DNA of 58,218 nt. It comes from Mizuhopecten yessoensis (Eukaryota). Location of the stretch: positions 321,851 to 380,068 of the forward strand of contig NW_018408394.1 in assembly GCF_002113885.1 (NCBI RefSeq), written 5' to 3'. Position 1 is the first letter of the stretch. Each line of letters starts with the position of its first letter. Positions 40,976-52,300 of this stretch are shown here, one piece after another. A program made the position numbers and the translations under genes. The notes beneath the pieces are model-generated. The model made no database searches, was not told the DNA's origin, and worked only from the letters and a program-made list of their open reading frames with translations.

Positions 40976-41070
40976 TTACAAAAGGCAGTAAATCAAAGAT
41001 AGTAAAGAATTGAATTCACAACAAAGAGCAATTTTATCAATTATTTTTATTGTAAAACTTTCATTAGGTA

Positions 41071-43140
41071 TCAAACAAATTTTGTGGCTATTGATAAAAT
41101 CTTGGTGAAGTCCCCACTGACACCCCTCAGATGTGAGGGTAAGGGGACACGGATCCTGGTCCCTATTGGTGCACCTGTTTCATCAATTAACACTGCATTG
41201 TTACTGTCAAACCTTGGCTGCATTGCCTTAGGTTTCTGAACACATCCAACGATGTATGCCTTTTTCCTTTCTTTTTGGATTGACAACAACACTTTGTCTC
41301 CAACACGTGCTACCTGATTCCTGGTGTAAACCTGAAGAATTTTCACCTTTTTGCCGCTCTCTGATGCCTTTTTTCCTATCAAGCTGTTATCGACTATTTT
41401 CACAGTGGACAATTTCCGCAGCTCACTCAAGGTTTTTGTGGTACTGCATATAAAGAAAACACTTATTAGTGGTTGAAATAAATCTTGCAATCTTAATTAA
41501 GAAAATTCAACATAAACATTTTCATACTTGGGCAAGTTCACCATTAGCTTTGACACCTAATCTTGCAAATTTTACATAGAGAGTTTGCAAAGCATTTAAT
41601 TCATTAGTAACATAAGTTATATGCAAGTAGCATGGGTTTATATTACCTGTGAGGATTTGTATATTCACTGTACAGATTTGTATATTATCTGTGAGGATTT
41701 GTATATTATCTGTGAGAATTTGTATATTACCTGTACAGATTTGTATATAACATGTGAGGATTTGTATATTATCTGAGAAGATATGTATATTACCTGTACA
41801 GATTTGTATATTATCTGTGAGGATTTGTATAGTACCTGTGTAGATTTGTATAGTACCTGTGTAATAGTACCTGTGTAGATTTGTATATATACCTGTGTAG
41901 ATTTCTACGTTACCTGTAAGGATTTGTATATTACCTGTAAGGGTTTTGTATATTACCTGTACAGATTTGTACAGTATATGACATGTGAGGATTTGTATGT
42001 TACCTGTATGTAAGAATTTGTATATTACATCTGAGGATTTGTATATTACCTGTGAGACTTTGTAATTTACTTGCAATTTAATGGGTGAAAGGCAAATCTG
42101 TCTGTTGTTGCCAGTCAACACTTGTGTAGTCAATGGGAATTAAAATCCTTAAAGCAAGTGTGTTACTGTTTATATCTATATACTGGAATTGCAATGTAGA
42201 AAATCATAGCAGTGATTAACCAATGAAATACATTTTCTTTTGCAGTATGATAATATAAACACAAAATTATCATAAAGTCCAATATTTGTGACCTTATAAC
42301 TCGGGCAACTGTGATTATACTATACTTATTGTAACACAGGCAGCTGTGATTACACTAGACTTATTGTAACACAGACAGCTGTCAGATTATATATACTAGA
42401 CCTATTGTAACACAGGCAGCTGTCAGATTATACTAGACTTATTGTAACACAGGCAGCTGTGATTATTCTAGACTTTTTGTAACACAGGCAGCTGTCAGAT
42501 TATACAAGACTTATTGTAACACAGACAGCTGTCAGATTATACTAGACTTATTGTACCACAGGCAGCTGTGATTATACTAGACTTATTGTAACACAGGCAG
42601 CTATGATTATTCTAGACTTTTTGTAACACAGGCAGCTGTCAGATTATACAAGACTTATTGTAACACAGGCAGCTGTCAAGATTATACTAGACTTATTGTA
42701 ACACAGGCAGCTGTCAGATTATACAAGACTTATTGTAACACAGGCAGCTGTCAAGATTATACTAGACTTATTGTAACACAGGCAGCTGTCAGATTATACT
42801 AGACTTATTGTAACACAGGCAGCTGTGATTATACTAGACTTATTGTAACACAGGCAGCTGTCAGATTATACTAGACTTATTGTAGCACAGGCAGCTGTGA
42901 TTATACTAGAATTAATCTACACACAAGGGATCAGAGATCAGAATTTATTTAAAAAATTAAAACTATCAAACTTGACTGATTGACGAGTAGCTTTCTACCT
43001 GTGGAAGGGTACCTTATCCTTAGCTACCCAATTACAATCACAAACACATACCTAAAGTTACGATGAATGGTACACTGGATACACCTGGCTGTGTTTGGGT
43101 GTACAAGCTCTCCAACCAGTCTTGAACTGATGATATGCAT
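41071..43140 (-). CDS. MRPL14: Mitochondrial ribosomal protein L14 (uL14m), 153 aa, 2 coding exons
   Basis: Exon 43052-43140 (MHIISSRLVGELVHPNTARCIQCTIHRNFS, presequence-like) and exon 41071-41443 (KIVDNS..VGDKVLLSI..PRFDSNNAVLIDETGAPIGTRIRVPLP..KILSIATKFV). Phase-2 GT-AG intron. AATAAA (minus) at 41046-41051. Confidence 0.94.
41640..42060. repeat. Degenerate 21-bp tandem repeat in the MRPL14 intron
   Basis: Unit approximately GATTTGTATATTACCTGTGAG. Confidence 0.85.
42300..42910. repeat. ~35-37-bp tandem repeat in the MRPL14 intron
   Basis: Unit approximately TAGACTTATTGTAACACAGGCAGCTGT(CA)GATTATAC. Confidence 0.92.
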
Positions 43141-44586
43141 TCTGTTCAATCCAATGGATATGTTGTTTACTGTCTATCTGACAGATTCACCTTCTGAAAT
43201 GAAGTAACAGTTTAAAATAGACAGCAGGGATAGTATTTATCAGTATTCTTATAAAAGAAATACTTTTTCTAGCAGAAAAAAAATTGTGCCATTTACTAAC
43301 AAGAATGATCATGGTCCGAGCACAGTACCTGTATATTCCTAGTGAACCAGTTGGAATATGTTATAAAACTCTATCTATTTATAACATTCTAGATGTTGAT
43401 GTTCCATCTTATATTATTTTTTTGTATGTATAGATATTTATGTGATAATACATAGGAACCAGAATGACTTTAACCCTGTGTCTACTGTCAAGTGCAAATA
43501 CTGCATGAGGTAAAATTCGGCTTGGTGTTGTCCATTTCTAATGTCTGTTTCTAATTATACTAAGTCATATTTCCTCTAACAGCACCCCATCCTTTTTTTT
43601 CTGTCCTTTACGTATTACTGTGTTTGCAATAAGGACTGTCTATGCTGAATATCATTATCAGGTATTGGACCACTGTGACATGACATGTTCGTATCAAAGT
43701 AGATATGACTTGTTGCTTACATTCACCCTATATTTGATATATTCTCATATTAGAATATATAGCCAAATTGACCCGATTCGTCATAAAATTTTCCTGCGCT
43801 CCAGTACCTGTGTACTGAGGCAAGGACATGTTTCAGTTTGAACTACTCCAACATTGTTAGAGGTTTACCACACTGGTGCTCAGGTTCTAAAATATATGTG
43901 ATATATTCAGGTATTGCAAATCACTTTATGATAATAAATAATTGGGTTCTAGAATGTATCATCTGTGTAAGTATCTCATCCCACTAGATGTTCCAACCCA
44001 CTATACTAACAAATAGATAATGTTATACATATTCTAGAACCTAATTATTTATTATTATCACAGGGATGTCACAGTGTGATACCCGAAAATATCATTCCAG
44101 AACCCGAGCACCTGTGGTTTAACAGTGTAGAAAATGCCACCCCCAAATATAACTGCGACAAATTATCAGGTCCTTGTGATGTAGCTGTAAAGACTTATCT
44201 GAAAGTGAAAAAAATGTTTAATAGTTTTAATATGTTTATCAGCAAACATGTAGGAAAAGACAAAGTTGAAAAATGAACCAAAGTGTCGATTACGTATAAA
44301 ATACAGAAACAACTCATTAAAAGTGGATTCTCTCCTCTTACTGTATTCTCTGTCTTAAACTGTCGTACATGTGTGTCAACTGTTTGTGTCTCATTTTTTG
44401 CCTTAGATGTCTCGATTTGACCTCTTTCGGTACCCCTAACACTTTGCTGTTATGTCTTTACAGCTATAGCTGATCAATCGGCAGTGTACAAGATCTGACA
44501 ATGTTGTACATGTTGTAGAAGGTTAGCTGCGAAAACGTAGCTTTCCGACGACCAGAGAATTTTTTATATATAGCGTCGGGGCAGAG

Positions 44587-44714
44587 CACAGGGGCTAGCA
44601 ACGACTTATATGGGATAAGAATAAAAATAGCGAGAAAGAATACGTTACTTTAGTTATATATTTTTTTTAACTATTTTTATTCTTATCGCATATAAATCGT
44701 TGCTAGCCGCTGTG
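44587..44714. mobile_element. Small hairpin MITE
   Basis: CACAGGGGCTAGCAACGACTTATATGGGATAAGAATAAAAATAG ... CTATTTTTATTCTTATCGCATATAAATCGTTGCTAGCCGCTGTG inverted arms. Confidence 0.75.
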
Positions 44715-45839
44715 GGTACTCCTATAACATAAGAGGCAGCTGGTCGGCCTTTTTTTCTATCGGATATGATTTTGCCAACTGCAACTACCTGTCAAAAGTT
44801 TCTCCTCTGTGGGCAGAATAGGGCGGGTATTAATATATCAGTATCCTCGGGCTACCAGTTTCCGTGCACTTAAGAAGCAACTGCGATTTCGTACTCATAT
44901 CAGCAGAAAACTGTTGAAATTACGGATGATTGTCATAAACATGTATACAATCTACTAATGGAAACAAAAATATAGCAACATAAAACTGTATTTAAAAAAA
45001 ATCAGAACAAACAATTTTAACAAATTTCTCCCGTCTGAAGTAGCCGTCATATGTTTCCGTTTGTCTATTTTGATTTAGTGTTCAAAGAAAGATAACTCGA
45101 ATACACTATAAAGAAATTCTCTACGGTGACCTGCAAGAACAAAAGCTTCGTTTGGAATAACAAAAATATCTTTGATCGTCAAATCAATTATCAAAACAAT
45201 TTATTTTAACTATATAACTCTCACATTTTTAATTGATTTTTCAAGATGTCAAATTGAACAAATTCATGTAATTTTATAAATTTATTTATTATATTTATTA
45301 AGTTATAATGTACAATCTGTTATTATTGTTTTTCTGCAGTCTTATATATCGATTTTTGTTGATGGTAAGTTATTTCTCATTTTTTTCTGTTTAAAATTGG
45401 TGAAAATTGGATGTTCATTACATTACAAGGTTTACGCTTCATTAAAAAACACTGTTTATCGATATAAGAATGTCTGCTTGGCTCTTCGGGAGTGGACAAA
45501 AATTGGCGAGATGTGGCCTCATTTGCATATGACATTTTCGTACGTTTGTCAGACTACTAAAAAGACCGGTTCATGAATGAAATAGTTCACTGTTTCTTCA
45601 GGTATGGGTTCATTTTGAGCAAGATAAAAGGTGCATTATGCAAAACTGCATATTTAACATGTTTTTTAATCAGTGATTAATTCTTATGTTTTCCGGACGA
45701 ACTTCCAGTAATTCTTGTGTCAGTTTACAGACAATGGCCAAACATCTAAAATATCCTGGTGTTGTGTCCAACAGGTCACGTAGTTACGAGATATAGCTTG
45801 ATAAAATGGCTGCGCAGAAATACATAACTTACCACTTTT

Positions 45840-46170
45840 AATGAGTACAGGTCTAGAGATCCAGGCTGTATTACAAACATGATGAAATCATTAGATTGGG
45901 AATCTTTATCACAAAGAAGGGCAAAAGCTAGATTGTCAATGCTATACAAGATCTCTCATATCGTTAAAATTAACCCATCATCAAACTGGACATCAGGTGA
46001 CAGACGAACAAGGGGAGGGGGGGCACATAAAATAAACACAATATCTACCGCAAAAGACGCCTACAAATTCTCTTTTTCACCCCAAGAACTGTTATAACCT
46101 TGAACTCATTACCAACATCATTGGCCCTTAGTGAGGAATTACCTTCTTTCAAATCCTCACTTGAAGGTTA
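45840..46170 (+). mobile_element. LINE ORF2 C-terminal remnant
   Basis: MMKSLDWESLSQRRAKARLSMLYKI..RRTRG..YKFSF; same region type as the 47590 fragment. Confidence 0.7.
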
Positions 46171-46798
46171 CCACCAGTTAATATAATACCTGAAATTACA
46201 AAAAAATAAAATCTTTGAAATGCCACCTCCTAGGGTCAATTGCACTCCAACCTTGGAGTTTAGATCCTTGTAATGGAAGAAGATAACGCGCGGAAACTGG
46301 TGACTAGACGATACTAGGAGAAGGTCTGAAACATGTCCTTGCTTCAATGACAGACAAGTGTCACGGGCCGATATAGACAAACACAAAAAAATATCCCACA
46401 AATGAGCTTAAAATTTGGGGGAAAATTAAACGGGTTATTGATATTATACTAAATACAAACAAACGTGCATGCTTAATTTCACTAAACTAACTATGCCCTA
46501 TGCCATGTTGTACTTGCCTTTCGCAAAGCAACCGGAAACTGGGAACAGCTATCTAATGTCCGTGTCGAAGTGCGGGGATAGAACGTCCGGAATAAGGTGC
46601 CTCGTTTTATGTTATATGGCGCATATATATATCATAAACCGAGTCAAATCTCGTAATCGACTCTGCCGAAAAACAGTTTGAGTAAATCAGGAGTTTATTG
46701 ATATTTTCTCGAGATTTCGTCTCCTAAAGGTCGTAATGGTTCATTTTCCCGGTAGTGCTAGCCTAATGTCGTCTGAAAATCAAAATGTTGATTTCACC

Positions 46799-46829
46799 AG
46801 AGACGTATATAACACGTTTATACGTCTCT
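46799..46829. mobile_element. 31-bp palindromic micro-insertion flanked by a 9-bp direct repeat
   Basis: GATTTCACC-AGAGACGTATATAACACGTTTATACGTCTCT-GATTTCACC. Confidence 0.6.
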
Positions 46830-46984
46830 GATTTCACCAACAGTCAGAATTTCATGTGAAATATGTCGTTTATATCTGAAAATAACACGTCAATTTTCCC
46901 TTAATTTCTAGTTTTATGTGAAAAACCGTGATTTTGACGATTGACTGCGGCCAGGGACAGTATATAAATATGCAATCATTAGCA

Positions 46985-47082
46985 GGTGACAGTGAATATT
47001 GTCAACCCGAGAAAAACATTGTCACCCGAGGCGAAGTCGAGGGTGACAATGGGTTTTTGAGGGTTAACAATATTCACTGTAA
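46985..47082. repeat. Palindromic MITE core
   Basis: GACAGTGAATATTGTCAACCC..ATTGTCACCCGAGGCGAAGTCGAGGGTGACAAT..GGGTTAACAATATTCACTGT inverted repeat. Confidence 0.7.
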
Positions 47083-47589
47083 CAACGACATGTAATTGTC
47101 ACATTTAGAAAGTAATGTTTGAAATTATTCTATATTAAAAAAATATATAAACGATCGCGTTAATGAGATATTAAAATATCTTTATATTCCTGGTACGGGG
47201 TTTCAGTCCGGGAACCGGGAACAAGATTTACCTACCACCGTCAAGGCTCGCCTTCATCAGCTTACTAGGTCCAACCTTATTTAATAAACGAACAACTGTA
47301 GTTCGACCGGTTTTTAACCGTTTAAACGAAAACGACCGAGCGCTCGTTGAAATATTCTTTTTCGACGTTCATATCCTCTCCTGTGATATTAGCGAGTTAT
47401 GGTGACTTAATGGTTTCCGGCACAAAAGAGTTCCATAATTATTCCAAAAGAGAACGCAGGTCGCTGTGAATAATATTTGGTTTTACCGAGTACTAATGAA
47501 GAGGAAAAGTAAGTTGCGCTGTTTAAAGTTTCGTTTTTCAGGACCAGATGCTATTTCTTATTTAATATCTATATTAAATATCTATTGGT

Positions 47590-48212
47590 CTTACAATTGG
47601 CCATTGTAAGACCAAAACTCGAATACTGCTCTTCAGTTTGGGACCCACATTATACAAATAACATAAATCAATTAGAAAAAGTACAACGAAGAGCAGCACG
47701 ATATGTCCTAAACAAATACCATAACACAAGCTCAGTTACAGACATGATACATAACTTACAATGGCCAACACTACACACACGCAGAACAAGAACACGCATT
47801 ATACTTCTCTACAAAATAATAAACCAACAAGTAGCAATACCCACTAACAATCTCATCCCGGCAGACACCAGAACACGTCAAAGACACGACCGTAGTTACA
47901 GACATATCTTCACATCCAAAGACACATACAGACACTCATTCTTTCCATACACCATAATACAATGGAGCCTCCTTCCCACAACAATAATTCAATCAAATAC
48001 TCTAGCAGAATTCAGGACATGCACCACATACAACATAATCGAACATATACAAAAACTACAACATAACTAACACTCACTCACTGCTTTTAACCTGTTTTTA
48101 TTCTATAGCAAATAAAAAAATAATCACTGTACATACTTAACGCACAACAGCACAATGACCCTACTACCGTAATCGTTGGTATCGACGGAGGAAGTCTAAC
48201 AGATGAAGAAGA
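47590..48212 (+). mobile_element. 5'-truncated LINE 3' end (C-terminus of RT ORF, 3' UTR and GAA tail)
   Basis: Open frame VRPKLEYCSSVWDPH..LEKVQRRAARYV..LQWPTL..RR..LYKI..SFFPYTI.QW to a stop at 48070; A/C-rich strand bias; ends GAAGAAGA. Confidence 0.85.
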
Positions 48213-49312
48213 TATACTTTCTAGTATAGCCCATTGACAGGTCTGTAACTAATTTACCACAATGTGTGTATACATATATACCAAACAGTAAAACAACTCT
48301 CTATTCTTTCTTTTTTTGAGACTTGTGATCTCTACAGGCCTGTCAGTCCTTTTTTACAACTGAATACCCTATTTTATATAAATCAAGATGCAACTTTTGT
48401 TACCACCCACTGCACATGTACATAATTTTCACAAATTTTTGAGAAATAAAGTCCTCTTCAAATGCCTCCAAACGCAACCGGAAGTGAAGTGGATAATATA
48501 AAGAAGCGAATAGACGCTAACAACGGTGTCACCTGCAATGAACCAATGAACCAATAAAAATATTTGACGTAGGAATATTGTATGCGATATCGTGATCATG
48601 AAATATTGTATGACTGGTGCTGCTGCAGTTTTACAAGGCTGGTTAATTACATAACTGGACCGCAGAGCAAATCTTTCCACCAATACTCAAAGGATAACGA
48701 TAAATCAAACACAGCACGATACAATGTAGAGATGTTGGTTTAAAAAGGGTCGATCATTATACGCATGAATTGACATTACAAAACACTAAGACCAATGTAT
48801 CAAACAGTTAACTGAAACTTTTTTTACAAGGATAAGAACTGTGATAATTTTACTGTTTTGAAAGTACAGTGCTGGACCAAAATGGAAATTTATTTTTTAA
48901 AGTCTTTCCGGTAATGTACTTTACATATGCCATTGTTAAAAATTCTTAGTTACCTAGTATACTAATAATCCATTTTTTTTATATCTAGGTAGGATGGTCA
49001 TTGTGGCTGTGATACATATTTGGACCACAGAATGGACAGGAAGACGGCATATATAAGATAGATGATATGTTTTCTTTTTCAATGGATCTTGACTGTCTTC
49101 CTTCCCTACCTGTATTTAAACATATAACAGAATCTTATCAAAATCTACCTATTTTTTAGCTAAGCATAACATGTTTCATTTATTTATGAACGTTTGTTTA
49201 TGGTAGTTTTTCCAAATATCATCAAGTTGAGGAAAAACAACATAACAATCAAGACATTTTTTTAGTTTAAAACCATTCATTAAATAAAAAAAGAAAGAAA
49301 TAGAATATCGAA

Positions 49313-52300
49313 ATGAAGAAAAAGAAGACTGTCATTTATGCAATATTTATTGCCATTGGTGTATATTTGTTTGTGCAAATTAGTTACTTTAATGAGGCAT
49401 ATAGCCCTCTCCAAGTTTTGTCTGATGCTCGGAGTGAAGCAAAGCGTCTTCTTCGGTTTATTACCCTACAACATTTCCAATGTAACTCCACCATACAAAT
49501 CTCAAATAATACCTACTGGCCCATCTGCACAGAGAAGGATGGAGGAGTCAACATTGACACCAGGGGCAGGAAACTAGCATATTCTATAGGGCAAGTATAT
49601 TCTATTAATACATGCTTGTTATTGAAATTATACATATTGCTTTTATTGTGAAAAAACAAGAATTCTAGAAATATAGTTTATTGTTTTATATCAGGATCCT
49701 ATGACTAGGATCTAGCACACATATCAAGTATTTTAAAAGAATTTAGCTCACCTGGTACAAAGCAGTACCATGGTGAACTTTTGTGAGCTTCGTCCATCTG
49801 TTGTCTGTCGTCTCATTCATCAATACCTCCTCCAAAACTACGGAGCAGAATTCAACTAAATTGCGGCTGAAGACCCCTTTGCCCATGAAGATTTTTATAC
49901 TTAAATAAAGGGGCTGACTTTTCTGGGATTGAGGAATGGAGTCAAGACAGATCAATTACCTGATCTAGCATTATTTTCAATCAAACTACAAGAAAGTTTT
50001 CAACCAAAACATGACAGTAGCAACTTTAGCCCATGGGATAAAATGTAAAGGGGTCAAATTTGCAGATTTGATTAATATCTCTTTTCATAATAAAGACAAG
50101 GTTTCTATTCAATTGTTGTGTTAATTAGCATTACAAGCCTTTGAGGATAGAAAGTTATACAAATAAAGTGGCCAATATTTCTGGGATCTGTCCTACCAAA
50201 CTACTGGGCACATTTCAGCCTTACTTCCAAAATAGCTAGGTGGGTGCAGTGATGCAAGGAACTGGGGGCCTCTTAATTTGTCATCCTTTACTTTTAAAAG
50301 AAAATATATTAACCAAAAATTTCTTCTGATGATGATTTAAGAGTGAATATTGCTGTTCTATATATACTGAAATTAAGTATGAATACATTTATATGCGGTG
50401 ACGTTTATTAAGATTTAGAACCCATGTCTTTTACTATTAGATTCAACTTTGTTAATATGGAATAAGTGATTTGTTCATATGTTTATCTTTTCTTTTCTTT
50501 TTTTCAGACCTAAAGGGGATTTAGAATTTGAAAGGATTGTTGCAAAAAATTTGTCTTTTAATCTGTACATGTTCGATACAGACCTGACAACAGTAGACTT
50601 TTCTCTGCGCTCTAACAACACACGGTCCATGCACATATCTGTTGTACCGAATGATCCTGCTGACTTTGTACGCAACTCTTATGATACACAGACAATAAAT
50701 AATATAATGTTGAGCCTTGGCCATACCTATATAGACATCCTAAAGATGGACCACTTTGTAGACAGCAGTCAGTCACATGATGTCCTGTACTTCATGATCA
50801 AAGATGACCTTCTGTCGCGAGTCGGACAACTCCACATCGCCCTCCATATTGGTATGTAACAGACCAGCTGCTGCTAGCATATATTATATAGTGCACACAA
50901 CAGCAGACTAGCATGTTACTGGATATAAAGTATAAAATGTAGCAGTCTCATTTGGTTATAATTTACAAACATGATACTGCTGAAGCCTCACATACTCTTT
51001 TTCATACATGGATTTTACTTTTACAACTGCTAGTCTTATGAATGTTTTGGGTATGTTTTGCTACTAGACTCATCCAATATCGTAAACACCTTGCTAAAAT
51101 AATAATCTAACTGGTATGTTATATATATTAGTACCTCAAGACATTGAAATCTAATTGGAATTCAGGCTTTACCTATAAGTTTTGTTTGTTGTTGAATTCT
51201 GTCTTACCTACAAGTTTTGTTTTTTGTTGAGTTCCGTCTTTACCTACAAGTTTTGTTTTTGTTGTATTCTGCCTTTCCTACGAGTTTCGTTTGTTGTTGA
51301 ATTCTGTCTTACCTACAAGTTTTGTTTGTTGTTGAATTCTGTCTTACCTACAAGTTTTGTTTGTTGTTGAATTCTGCCTTACCTACAAGTTTTGTTTGTT
51401 GTTGAATTCTGCCTTACCTACAAGTTTTGTTTNNNNNNNNNNNNNNNNNNNNNNNNNNNNNNNNNNNNNNNNNNNNNNNNNNNNNNNNNNNNNNNNNNNN
51501 NNNNNNNNNNNNNNNNNNNNNNNNNNNNNNNNNNNNNNNNNNNNNNNNNNNNNNNNNNNNNNNNNNNNNNNNNNNNNNNNNNNNNNNNNNNNNNNNNNNN
51601 NNNNNNNNNNNNNNNNNNNNNNNNNNNNNNNNNNNNNNNNNNNNNNNNNNNNNNNNNNNNNNNNNNNNNNNNNNNNNNNNNNNNNNNNNNNNNNNNNNNN
51701 NNNNNNNNNNNNNNNNNNNNNNNNNNNNNNNNNCAGGGATCCTGGACCAAGAGCCTTCATACTCTACCCTCCAGCCCAGGATGGTAAGTGTGTTCACTAA
51801 TCCTGTGTTTATTACATGTCATGGGCCAGGGATCCTTGACCAAGAGCCTTCATACTCTACCCTCCAGCCCAGGATGGTAAGTGTGTTCACTAATCCTGTG
51901 TTTATTACATGTCATGGGTCAGGGATCCTGGACCAAGAGCCTTCATATTCTACCCTCCAGCCCAGGATGGTAAGTGTGTTCACTAATCCTGATGTTTTCA
52001 TTGAAAAATCATACTCTCCTCCCATCCAAGATAATATTGGGTAAGTTCATTCCCTGACCTTTGGAATCTAATGCTATAGGCCTCTACCCAAATTATTAAG
52101 TAAGTTCAGTTGCCCTTCAGCCTTCAAACTCTATCCACTGGTCCAGGACATTAAGTATACTGCTTTGTCCAGATTGTCATATATATGCTCTACTATCCTA
52201 TCTAGGACATTTTGTATGTTGCTTTGCTCAAGGACAAGGCTCTTATCTAGGGAAAGGGTATTCCTAGGAACATCATTTGATGTGACTCATCTTAAAACAC

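Noticed and set aside
47585-48070. 161-aa ORF as a host gene
   Set aside because: It is the C-terminal part of a LINE ORF2 with no ATG start and a retroelement-type tail.
51427-52044. ORF GILDQEPSYSTLQPRMVSVFTNP repeats
   Set aside because: This is the wrong frame of the 93-bp repeat; the frame matching the gene and splice phase is DPGPRAFILYPPAQD.
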